The notes: generated by a model not told the origin, from the letters alone. A DNA stretch of 64,000 nt from Oleiphilaceae bacterium (GCA_965230795.1 OZ246020.1:1554585-1618584); one strand, 5' to 3'. Numbered from the stretch's first letter, positions 39,076 through 47,578 are shown. Program-made: numbers and translations.

Positions 39076-39924
39076 GTGCTTGCTTGGCTGATTGAAAAGA
39101 TAAAAGACTATTCCTCGTTCACCGATTCCAAGGTGATCATTCAGTGGCAGGCTGGATGGTCTGACTTTTTGAGTGAAACGGTAACGTTTTATCGAACGCT
39201 AGACTCCGAGGACAAGAGAGTGTTCGAGGAACGCGCTCGACTGTTTCTGGAAACCACGACTATTGAAGCTGGACAGTTTGAAGTGAGTGATGAAGATCGC
39301 TTGCTGGTTGCGTCGAGTGCGGTGATTCCTGTTTGGGGTTTTCCGGATTGGCATTACTTTAATGTCAGTAAGGTGTTTCTATTGCCTGCATCGTTTAACG
39401 AGCGTTTCGAATGTGGTCAGCCCGATTCTGTGATCACCGGAATGGTGGGTAGCGGCCCTATGTCGGGAAAGCTTGCTCTGAGCCGTGCTGCTTTGCATCA
39501 GGGTTTCAAGAATGACGAGGACAAGCACAACGTGGGCATTCATGAGTTTGTGCATCTGGTGGACATGGCCGATGGCGATTGCGATGGGTTCCCGGAGCGG
39601 CTTAAGAAATATGCCTACTCGATTCCATGGTTTGAGCTTGTAGAGAAGAAAATTAGCGGGATCGAGACGCGTCGTAGCAATATTCGCGACTATGGTGCTA
39701 CCAACAAAGCAGAGTTTTTGGCCGTCGCATCAGAGTACTTTTTTGAACGGCCCGAAATGATGCAGAAAAAGCATCCTGAGCTTTATCAGGCACTGTCCGA
39801 TTTCTACCAACAGGATGTAATGCGAATTGCTTTGGATATCAGGCCCAGAAAGAAGGCTACTTGTCCATGTGGGAGCGGTAAGAAATATAAACACTGTTGC
39901 ATGAAAAAAATTCAGCGCAAGTAA
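39076..39924 (+). CDS. MtfA-like zinc metallopeptidase (peptidase M90) fused to C-terminal SEC-C zinc-binding motif
   Basis: HExxH (GIHEFVHLVDMADGDCDGFPE) and an MtfA-type C-terminal block (AEFLAVASEYFFERPE...LYQALSDFYQQD). The final residues CPCGSGKKYKHCCMKK are a canonical SEC-C motif. GTG start directly after the rhomboid stop. Confidence 0.8.
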   Translation: MLAWLIEKIKDYSSFTDSKVIIQWQAGWSDFLSETVTFYRTLDSEDKRVFEERARLFLETTTIEAGQFEVSDEDRLLVASSAVIPVWGFPDWHYFNVSKVFLLPASFNERFECGQPDSVITGMVGSGPMSGKLALSRAALHQGFKNDEDKHNVGIHEFVHLVDMADGDCDGFPERLKKYAYSIPWFELVEKKISGIETRRSNIRDYGATNKAEFLAVASEYFFERPEMMQKKHPELYQALSDFYQQDVMRIALDIRPRKKATCPCGSGKKYKHCCMKKIQRK

Positions 39925-39956
39925 TGGTGGCAACAAATACTCTAAAGGAGACGGTG

Positions 39957-40502
39957 ATGAAATGTCCCCAATGCAAAGGTTATGAGCTTGAGCCGAAAGA
40001 ACTGGAGCCAGGTCTGATTGTTGGTGCCTGTTCGAAATGTAATGGTACCTTGGTATCACTGATGAACTATCGCTATTGGGCGGATCAGCAGGGCAGTCAC
40101 GCGTTAGCTGAGCCGCTCGAAAACGATGACGTATCGGAAGCTGAAGATAATGCAAAGGCTCAGGTCTGTCCCAAATGTGCCAAGTTGATGACAAAGTTTC
40201 AGATCGGTGCGGAATCTTCGAACCGCTTGGACCTTTGTACGGGATGTGATGAGGCATGGCTCGATAAGGGTGAATGGAAGTTATTGAAGCAACTGGATCT
40301 GGCAGATAAATTGCCCTCAATTTTTACCGACGCCTGGCAACGTAATATCCGGTTGGCGAGGCAGGAAAAACTGCACAAGCGACGATACGAAAAATTGTTG
40401 GGAACTGATGACTTCACAAAACTGAATGAATTCAAACAATGGCTCGAACTGCATCCTGAAAGAGAACAAATTAAGCAGTATTTGATAACGAAACTGGATT
40501 AG
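39957..40502 (+). CDS. double zinc-ribbon protein
   Basis: CPQCKG...CSKCNG and CPKCAK...CTGCDE pairs, each CxxC-N17-18-CxxC, with a helical C-terminus. Start at the ATG 6 nt after AAGGAG. Confidence 0.55.
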   Translation: MKCPQCKGYELEPKELEPGLIVGACSKCNGTLVSLMNYRYWADQQGSHALAEPLENDDVSEAEDNAKAQVCPKCAKLMTKFQIGAESSNRLDLCTGCDEAWLDKGEWKLLKQLDLADKLPSIFTDAWQRNIRLARQEKLHKRRYEKLLGTDDFTKLNEFKQWLELHPEREQIKQYLITKLD

Positions 40503-40524
40503 CGGATTAAACAGGCAAAGCGAA

Positions 40525-40821
40525 ATGATTGAACTCAGAGAGTGGGTGTCTGCCATCATTTTCTGTACGGGCGTTGCAGGTATCTGTGTGCTTGTTGCCA
40601 ACGAACTGACTTGGTCACTTGTTTGGGCTAGCGTACTGTGCTTTGTATTGGCTTATTTGATCTGGCCAAGCAAAAGGAAAGGGCAGCGGCATGATGACAA
40701 TCGGTTGGCTGACATACTCGAAATACTGATTGAGTTTCCCATGGAGCTTTTTAGTTGGTTGATTCGCTTTTTGGGACGTCTTCTCGGCAGCAAAGGCGAA
40801 GGTATCGATATTGACATTTAA
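40525..40821 (+). CDS. small two-TM membrane protein
   Basis: 98 aa with two hydrophobic helices, between the zinc-ribbon and PLD genes on the same strand. Confidence 0.35.
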   Translation: MIELREWVSAIIFCTGVAGICVLVANELTWSLVWASVLCFVLAYLIWPSKRKGQRHDDNRLADILEILIEFPMELFSWLIRFLGRLLGSKGEGIDIDI

Positions 40822-40838
40822 AAGGATCATTCTGCGTT

Positions 40839-41537
40839 TTGAGTAAACATACGAGAATTGAAGAGTTCCTTTGCGTTTCGTTTGAAGATTTCAAGCTCTC
40901 CCAGGGCGAGAAATATTCGTTGAGAGAGCTTTTGGATAACTTGGGAGACAATGAGCTGTTGTCGTTTGCCCGTAATAAGGCCTTTGATTTATATCGGGAG
41001 TACCATATTGCCGAGTCTGGGGATTCTCTGCAGGGTCTCAACTGGTTGGAGAAAGTTATCAAAACGATCGATAACGTCAGGCTAAACAGCATCGAGTCCA
41101 ACTCTTACGCGTATTTTAGTCCAGGTCCTGAATGCGCCAGGCAGATCATCAACTGCTTGCATGGCGCAAGAGAAACCATTGATATATGCGTGTTTACGAT
41201 CTCCGACAATCATATTACTGACGCGATTCTATCAGCACACGAGACTGGGAAGAGTGTTCGCATCGTGAGTGATAATGATAAAGCAAAAGATAGTGGCTCC
41301 GATATTTACTATCTGGCTGAAAAAGGTGTGCCGGTCCGGCTAGATAAAAGTCCCTACCATATGCATCATAAGTTCGCGATTTTTGACCAAAATCTGCTGA
41401 TCAATGGCAGCTTTAATTGGACTCGAAGTGCCACCATGAAGAACGAAGAAAATATAACCGTTCTGCATGATTCAGGCTTGATCGGCTCTTTTTTATCTTC
41501 CTTTGAGGAATTGTGGTCAGAGTCGAAAGATATATAG
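40839..41537 (+). CDS. phospholipase D-like (single HKD motif, Nuc/endonuclease-type) protein
   Basis: HMHHKFAIFDQNLLINGSFNWTRSA is a canonical HxK(x)4D(x)6GSxN motif present in one copy (dimeric Nuc-like). The listed start is TTG; the real start is uncertain. Confidence 0.7.
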   Translation: MSKHTRIEEFLCVSFEDFKLSQGEKYSLRELLDNLGDNELLSFARNKAFDLYREYHIAESGDSLQGLNWLEKVIKTIDNVRLNSIESNSYAYFSPGPECARQIINCLHGARETIDICVFTISDNHITDAILSAHETGKSVRIVSDNDKAKDSGSDIYYLAEKGVPVRLDKSPYHMHHKFAIFDQNLLINGSFNWTRSATMKNEENITVLHDSGLIGSFLSSFEELWSESKDI

Positions 41538-41561
41538 ATCGACCTGTACAAGGGAGCGTAT

Positions 41562-41831
41562 ATGAAAACCAAATTGACTCTAATTGTTTTATTGGTCGCG
41601 TTACTATCTGGATGCGACAAAATAAACCGGGCTAGCCGCACTATGGATACAGTGCTTGGTGGTGATTTCAAAGTCTACGTGTTGGGGATCGATAAACCAT
41701 TTGTCGTCAACAATGGAAAAGTAACGTCGATACCGGAAAAGGGTTACTACGTTTTTTACCCGGTGATCGATGGTAGGGAACGCTTGGTACAATCCCCCAT
41801 TCAGATTACGACCATTGTAAAAATGGACTAA
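41562..41831 (+). CDS. small lipoprotein
   Basis: Lipobox LLVALLSGCDK; 89 aa. Confidence 0.5.
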   Translation: MKTKLTLIVLLVALLSGCDKINRASRTMDTVLGGDFKVYVLGIDKPFVVNNGKVTSIPEKGYYVFYPVIDGRERLVQSPIQITTIVKMD

Positions 41832-41893
41832 TGTAAGTCACCGGGAACGTGTATGATCTTGTCGTATGTCTTGCTCAAAAGAGAATTCCTAAA

Positions 41894-42484
41894 TTATGGG
41901 TTCATCTCTTTTTGACTGGTTTTATATTGTTCTACCGGAATGATCCGGTACCCGTCTGCAATGTCTTTAATCAATACACCCATGTTGCTAATTTTCTTCA
42001 TGCTGTAAATGTATGCGATCAGAAGCACCAGAGCCAATATGCATAGCCCCGCAATGGAAATGACTATCCACAGTTCAATTTTGGAAACTAGCGGAGATAT
42101 CGTTTCTTCTTTTATCTGAGCTAGTGAGTTTTGCAGTATCTTTGCAGCGGGTTTTTCAGTCTCTCTGATTGTGTTGGGAAGATTGTGTATTGTTGCATTG
42201 AGCTGCTTGCTGATGGCACCAACTTTATCCGCAAGTTCATTGATCAGTAAAAGTTGTTCGGGTGAACGGTCTCCCAGGTCTGCGGATATAGTGTTCAATG
42301 CTGTAGCAAGTTCATTGGTCGCTTTCCTGAGAATCACTCCGGATTCTTTGAGTTCCTTTATCTCGATATGGATCGATACGTATTTAGCTTCATCGTTTCC
42401 TTCGATCATGTTGCCATTACTTTCCGCTATAGAGCTGATGGATACAAAAGTCAGCGCTACCAGCATCAGGTGTTTCTTGATCAT
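41894..42484 (-). CDS. hypothetical exported protein with C-terminal TM anchor
   Basis: Signal peptide, helical periplasmic region, and a C-terminal TM (ELWIVISIAGLCILALVLLIAYIY). Confidence 0.4.
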   Translation of the reverse strand: MIKKHLMLVALTFVSISSIAESNGNMIEGNDEAKYVSIHIEIKELKESGVILRKATNELATALNTISADLGDRSPEQLLLINELADKVGAISKQLNATIHNLPNTIRETEKPAAKILQNSLAQIKEETISPLVSKIELWIVISIAGLCILALVLLIAYIYSMKKISNMGVLIKDIADGYRIIPVEQYKTSQKEMNP

Positions 42485-42501
42485 TGAGAATGCTCCGTTG
42501 T

Positions 42502-43662
42502 TTACGCTGGATTGAAAGAGCGGGAATCATCGACCGTTATTGTGCCTAGTGCTGGCGTGGAAAGGTCTAAACCTTCGCTGATTGAGGCGGCATAAACCGC
42601 TTCGTTCACTTTATAGACTGATCCCATTAAGTGTTTCCGTATTTTGGCCGTAACTTTGGTGTTGGGGATGCGCTCTAGGTAAATCCAAAGCGTATATTCG
42701 AGAGCGAAATCTCCCGCATTGGTCATTGCCCATTCGAAGCCTCGACTGGAGTTAACAGTTATGTCGGGCTTCTCCTTGCTGGCCTTCTGGGCCTGAGTGA
42801 ACATACGATCAACTCGCGAGGTGAATGCCATTAGTTGCTTACTTCTTTCTTCTTTGCTTTGACCTTCAAATGTTGGGTAGCCGATTTTGTATTTGAGAGC
42901 CTGGCGAATACCATCTGTACTGGCAATGCGACTCAAGTTGTCGATCTTATTGCGAATAAACTGGTTGTTACGTATCAGCGTTCTGTGATTGTTTCTTACG
43001 TCATACAGAATGACATAGATAAGTGTCACTTTGCTGATAACGTATTCGTCGGGATGGCCATCAACAAGAACGACATCGCCATCTACCAGCATTTCGGTAT
43101 TGAGAATAATGAGCCCGCTAATGATATCTGGTGCCCAAATGCTGCTGGTAAAGGCGAGAAAAGCGAAGACGATACCGAAAATTCCGGTTGTTTCCAGCAT
43201 GCTGTCAGCACCCCATATTTTTATCAGGGTGTATATCGTCGTAAGTACGATGACCATCAATAGAATGATGTCGACCAGACGACTGCTGTAACTGTCCAAA
43301 TACATGGTAGTGCCATCAAGGCTTTTTTCTATTCCGAAGCGTTTGCGCGACAGGTAGCAGCAAAGGCTATAAGCGAACAAACCGCCATACACTGTCATCA
43401 GGCTGAGGCCCACACGGATGAAGTAATGCTCGTAGCTTTTGTTCAGGCCCAGAAAAGTGAGATCGATGGCGTGGAGAATTAATACCAGAATATTAAGAGC
43501 TCTGAAGATACTGACTTTGGTCTCGTTTTCCTTGTCAGGATCGATGAGTCTCACGATAGGGCGAGCGCAAACCAGCAAGCCAATATTCAGGAGAAATACT
43601 GTGAGGTGCAGCAGCCATTGAGTATGACTCAGAGAAGGCAGAAAATCGGTAAGTGTATCCAA
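42502..43662 (-). CDS. MscS-family mechanosensitive channel
   Basis: N-terminal TM helices plus the MscS pore/beta domain (GIVFAFLAFTSSIWAPDIISGLIILNTEMLVDGDVVLVDGHPDEYVISKVTLIYVILYDVRNNHRTLIRNNQFIRN). Confidence 0.8.
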   Translation of the reverse strand: MDTLTDFLPSLSHTQWLLHLTVFLLNIGLLVCARPIVRLIDPDKENETKVSIFRALNILVLILHAIDLTFLGLNKSYEHYFIRVGLSLMTVYGGLFAYSLCCYLSRKRFGIEKSLDGTTMYLDSYSSRLVDIILLMVIVLTTIYTLIKIWGADSMLETTGIFGIVFAFLAFTSSIWAPDIISGLIILNTEMLVDGDVVLVDGHPDEYVISKVTLIYVILYDVRNNHRTLIRNNQFIRNKIDNLSRIASTDGIRQALKYKIGYPTFEGQSKEERSKQLMAFTSRVDRMFTQAQKASKEKPDITVNSSRGFEWAMTNAGDFALEYTLWIYLERIPNTKVTAKIRKHLMGSVYKVNEAVYAASISEGLDLSTPALGTITVDDSRSFNPA

Positions 43663-43880
43663 AACTTCAAAGCTCCTTGTTTTTGTAAATCACAGTATTC
43701 CTTTTGGAAGCTGGGCGCAGTAGTGAGTAAGGTCCTGCATGTCCCGCTGTCTTTATCATTACCCGTTTACTCTTGCATCGTTGAGACATAGCGCTTTTAA
43801 AAGTCGATAAACAAGGTGATATCGAAGGCTGGTTTTGGTTTATCTAAATTAGACAAAAACGCTAGACCACAAAAATTATC

Positions 43881-44237
43881 TTAGATGGCATTGGATTCCG
43901 ACCATTCCCTGAGCTGCTCCAAAATGTCGAGGGCGGAGCGACCGAAGTCGCTTAATTCGTAGGTGACGGCCACAGGTCGCTCGTTGATGACTTTTCGAAT
44001 CACCATGTTTCTGGCTTCCAGTTCTTTCAGACGCTGATCAATCATTTTCTTGCTGGCGCCGCCCAGCATGCGGGTCAGATCATTGAATCGCACCGGTCCG
44101 TCTTTGAGGTGATAGATGATGGAGCCGGTCCACTTACCGCCGATAATGCGCATACCACGCTCGACCGAGCAGGGTTCCATGCAGGCGTTCAAAACTTTTT
44201 TTCGTCCTTTACTATCTGTTTCTACTCGAGATTTCAA
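43881..44237 (-). CDS. HxlR-family transcriptional regulator
   Basis: [36 protein letters not shown]...; winged-helix HxlR signature. Divergent from mdaB. Confidence 0.85.
   Translation of the reverse strand: MKSRVETDSKGRKKVLNACMEPCSVERGMRIIGGKWTGSIIYHLKDGPVRFNDLTRMLGGASKKMIDQRLKELEARNMVIRKVINERPVAVTYELSDFGRSALDILEQLREWSESNAI
43883..43920. repeat. right copy of ~38-bp direct repeat (functional 3' end of hxlR); right boundary of island 1
   Basis: See 28562-28600. It lies inside the last 13 codons of hxlR. Confidence 0.6.
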
Positions 44238-44254
44238 CGAAATTCCCTCATAAG

Positions 44255-44267
44255 TAACCAGGTTACC
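44255..44267. promoter_or_regulatory. 13-bp perfect palindrome GTAACCaGGTTAC in the hxlR-mdaB divergent region (candidate HxlR operator)
   Basis: Inverted repeat with a 1-nt spacer. A second GGTAACC...GGTTGAC half-site pair lies about 35 bp downstream. Confidence 0.35.
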
Positions 44268-44358
44268 AAAAGTATACTAATTGATTTAGATCTACAGGTA
44301 ACCAAAATATACCACTGGTTGACGAGATATTCCATGTTCAATAATCGAGGACAATCTA

Positions 44359-44942
44359 TGAGTAACATTCTGATCATCAACGCCCACCATCACTATCCCT
44401 TTTCCGAAGGCAAGCTGAATGCGGCGCTCGTTAATACGGCGCAGGAACTGTTGAAAGCCTCGGGGCACTCGACGCGGTTGGTGACGATTGATGAGGGCTG
44501 GCAAGTGGAACAGGAGCTGGAAAATCATCGCTGGGCGGATGTGGTGCTGTTGCAGACGCCGGTGAACTGGATGGGGGTTCCGTGGACCTTCAAGAAGTAC
44601 ATGGATGAAGTCTATACCGCAGGGATGGATGGGACGCTGTGCCACGGTGATGGCCGTAACTCGGATTCGCCCAAACAAAATTACGGCACCGGTGGCACCT
44701 TGAAGGGTAAGAAGTACATGTTGTCACTGACCTTTAACGCGCCGGAAGAAGCATTTAACGATCCACAGGAATATCTGTTTCAGGGTAAGAGTGTGGATGA
44801 TCTGTTTTTTCCCATGCATATGAATTTCCGCTTTTTCAATATGGAAGCGCTGGAGACTTTCGTCTGCTACGACGTGATGAAAAACGCGGATACGGAAAAC
44901 GACATGAAGCGTTTTGCTGGTCACCTTCAAGCGCACTTTTAA
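44359..44942 (+). CDS. mdaB: MdaB-type NAD(P)H:quinone oxidoreductase (flavodoxin-like fold)
   Basis: [24 protein letters not shown]...[27 protein letters not shown]...[22 protein letters not shown] aligns along its length with E. coli MdaB. The ATG at 44359 has a gagg RBS; the upstream ORF extension is rejected. Confidence 0.85.
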
Positions 44943-45026
44943 TTCCAGAAGGGATAGCGGCTCAGCATCTGTGAGCCGGATTGAGAGCAAGTCTGAATAA
45001 CATTTGAAGACCAACAGGACATTTAG

Positions 45027-45583
45027 ATGTTTACCTACCATGGTTTGAATTCTGCCCCGGAGCAATCCCGACCACTTGTCGAGCAGTCACTAAAAGGCTT
45101 CGGGATGTTGCCCAATCTGCACAGGATTCTGGCGGAAGCACCGGCCACCTATCAGGCCTATATCACAACATTTGAGCTGTTTATGAAGCAGACAACACTC
45201 AGCCCATTGGAGCAGCAGGTGGTATTCATGACTGCCAATTTTGAAAACAACTGCCATTACTGTGTGCCAGGACATACCGGATGATGCACGCGGGTAAGAT
45301 GCCGGAAGCCGTCATTGAAGCACTTCGGGAGGGGACACCAATATCGGACGAGAAATTACAGGCTCTGCATGATTTTGCCAAAGCCCTGCTGGACCAACGT
45401 GGTCATATCGGAGATGACAAGCTTCAAGCATTCTTAGATGCCGGCTACAGCAAGCGACAGGCTTTGGAAGTATTGACCGGTCTGGCCGCGAAACTCATTT
45501 CCAGCTTCACCAATGCCCTGGCGCATACGAAGCCGGACCAGGTATTTCAGCAATATGCCTGCACGCATCCGAGTGAGCGATAA
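45027..45583 (+). pseudogene. AhpD-like carboxymuconolactone decarboxylase family gene interrupted by a frameshift near 45280
   Basis: Two abutting ORFs (45027-45284 ending ...NCHYCVPGHTG*, and 45281-45583 starting MMHAGKMPEAVIEALREG) together reconstitute one AhpD-fold protein with its Cys-x-x-Cys/His motif. They are 1 nt out of frame. Confidence 0.55.
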
Positions 45584-46002
45584 CAGATCATCTGTTGGCA
45601 GGCAACGAGAAGAGTAGGGTGATGAGCGATACAACACCAATGCGATGGGCTGGAAGCTGGTATCCCAATTATTGTACCGCAAATTGCAATGGCGACCAGT
45701 TATCGGAAGCGCTGCAATCCAACGCCCACTTTTTCTATGATCGGAGGGTAGTCGATATTGATGACGAGCTGCCGAAACGGGGGTGAAGGACAAGCGGGGA
45801 TGTGGGCATCCATATCCTTGAGATAAGTACTGCTTGAACTATTTGTACGGTAACTGTGGTAACACCAGGAAACTTGAACTTGATCAAAACAGAATTTCTT
45901 TCACTTTTGTAACATAAGGCCCGCTTGCAGTTGGCTCCGCTATTCGGTGTCTAAAGGACGAGCAATAACAATAACCAGGATGACCGAATGTAAGGGGAGA
46001 TT

Positions 46003-46845
46003 ATGCGGTTCCTATTCCTTTCTTTTTTTATGCCTTTCTTTTTTGCTCTGACTGCCTGTAGCGGTGGTGGAGGCGGGAGCTCAGACAACAGTAATGCAGT
46101 GAAAACTGATACCGCTGTGCGCTTCCAGGGGCCGGCAAATGAACCGGCATTGATCCAGCAAAATTTTACATACAACGATATGCCCGTAGAGCTGAACTCT
46201 CGCACGCTGGGCTTTATTTATGATCAGGAAAGAAGGTCTTTGAGTTTTGAAGCGGATAAATCGGGTACGGTTGCCATTGTCCTGTCGAGCGACGCGGAAG
46301 ACTTGGATCTGGAAATCACGTCGTTTGATCTACAGAAATACAGCTATTCCTTCACTTCCGATGAAGCAGTGGTGTTTGAGGCAAAAGCGGGCACTGTATA
46401 CAGCATCGTGATTACATCATTTAATGGCGGGGGTAATTATTCGCTAAAGGTCGTACAAGGTAATCGAGAATCGTTAGGTTTGCGCGACAACGAGTTATAT
46501 GTACTTGCTTCGGGTAATGGAGAAGAGTCCTGTATATACGGTGATGGAAGAAGAGAAGTCTACCCATTCATTGCAACCTACGACTATATCTTCAATTTAG
46601 AAACGGGAGCGCTAAGGTTCTATTCAGAAGTATTGGACTATGATGTCGAACCGGAAGGCACCTTCGAGTATTACGGGTGGAGTGAGTATCCGGAATCTTT
46701 GCAGGGTTACAGGCTATATCAATACGCCGCTGAGCAGGGGTTTCATGGGCAGGAATTCTGGGTTTACTCTTATGATGGAGCAGTGCCGGAGGAGACAGTA
46801 GAGTGCATGGGTGAGGCATCATTTTCCGCCGACACCTTGCTCTGA
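46003..46845 (+). CDS. hypothetical lipoprotein (Gly-rich linker, beta-rich domain)
   Basis: Lipobox FFALTACSGGGGGSS; 280 aa; no recognisable catalytic motif. Confidence 0.45.
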   Translation: MRFLFLSFFMPFFFALTACSGGGGGSSDNSNAVKTDTAVRFQGPANEPALIQQNFTYNDMPVELNSRTLGFIYDQERRSLSFEADKSGTVAIVLSSDAEDLDLEITSFDLQKYSYSFTSDEAVVFEAKAGTVYSIVITSFNGGGNYSLKVVQGNRESLGLRDNELYVLASGNGEESCIYGDGRREVYPFIATYDYIFNLETGALRFYSEVLDYDVEPEGTFEYYGWSEYPESLQGYRLYQYAAEQGFHGQEFWVYSYDGAVPEETVECMGEASFSADTLL

Positions 46846-46930
46846 CAATCCGTCGATAATCAAGCCTAGCCGGGAGGTTGTGCAAAGTAGCTAGTTCGTT
46901 GCTTCGATTGCTACCATCCACTCTTGCGAC

Positions 46931-46984
46931 AAGCCCCGAACGGTATACGAGGCTTATTTTGTTCTTGGTAGCAAGGGGCGGATT
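46931..46984 (-). repeat. att-like repeat copy A: 35-nt tRNA 3'-flank plus 19 nt of tRNA-Met 3' end (CCA-acceptor-T stem)
   Basis: Matches 47171-47224 at 53 of 54 positions, then diverges. Confidence 0.55.
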
Positions 46985-47205
46985 ACTCGGGTCTGTGACC
47001 ATCGCCCTTCGGGCCATCGTCACTGCGTTCCGATGTTGTCTCGCAGTCTTTAAAATCAAGACTGCTCGGCTCGAACACTCCGGCCGAGAATCGTAGATTT
47101 TCGTCGTTCGACTGCACGTAAAGCTTTGCTTTGCTTTACAGGCGTTTGTCTAACCCTTCGTCGGTTCTCATCCGCATGCAAAAACAAAAAAGCCCCGTAC
47201 GGTAT

Positions 47206-47251
47206 ACGAGGCTTATTTTGTTCTTGGTAGCAAGGGGCGGATTCGAACCGC
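47206..47251 (-). repeat. att repeat copy B: 46-nt 3' fragment of tRNA-Met(CAU), running from anticodon loop to CCA, followed on the minus strand by a hairpin plus T-run terminator
   Basis: Reverse complement CTCATAATGCTGGGGTCGGCGGTTCGAATCCGCCCCTTGCTACCA contains anticodon loop CUCAUAA, T-arm GGCGG-TTCGAAT-CCGCC, and an acceptor 3' strand with A73-CCA. No matching 5' half is adjacent. It is identical to 54309-54354. Confidence 0.7.
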
Positions 47252-47578
47252 CGACCCCAGCATTATGAGTTTTAATTTGAAAACATAACTTTTTGATATT
47301 TATAGTTTTAGGTTGTGGCGATCGTACCAACTAACTGGAACTTACAGCAACGAGCTGCAGCGCTAACCCGCAAAATTCACGCATGAATTTGGGAATCCTC
47401 TTGGTTCTATAATTAAGATATCGAGTTATTCCTTGATATAAATCCTAGAAGCTTTTTTCTGTTGTTTTGACACCTGAGAAAATCATCTTTTTTGAAGTGT
47501 GCCAATTACTTGGTTGGTCTATCCATTGATCGGTCATATCCATACTTCGCTCTCGACTAGGGCATTGTAAACGAAGTG

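Noticed and set aside
44109-44358. Upstream 83-codon extension of mdaB ORF
   Set aside because: It spans the divergent promoter/operator region. The MdaB alignment begins at [12 protein letters not shown], which has its own RBS.
45595-45786. 63-aa ORF after the AhpD-like pseudogene
   Set aside because: No RBS and no motif; it lies in a presumably non-coding tail of the degraded region.
46985-47205. Possible tmRNA (ssrA) gene on the minus strand
   Set aside because: A 22-nt tag-region-like motif and a CCA end are present. However, there is no tmRNA T-arm (GGGGGTTCAAATCCCCC-type), no 5' acceptor complement (AGCAAGG) and no tag frame ending in LAA.
47206-47300. Complete tRNA-Met gene at copies B or C
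   Set aside because: Sequence 5' of the anticodon loop lacks the anticodon-stem complement CAGCA, D-arm and acceptor 5' strand AGCAAGG in both copies. Both are therefore 3' fragments (att repeats) only.
46592-47330. Minus-strand ORFs of 155 and 64 aa covering the tRNA att repeats
   Set aside because: They are made from tRNA-fragment and terminator sequences (...GGSNPPLATKNKISLVYR... is the translated tRNA T-arm and flank); not protein coding.
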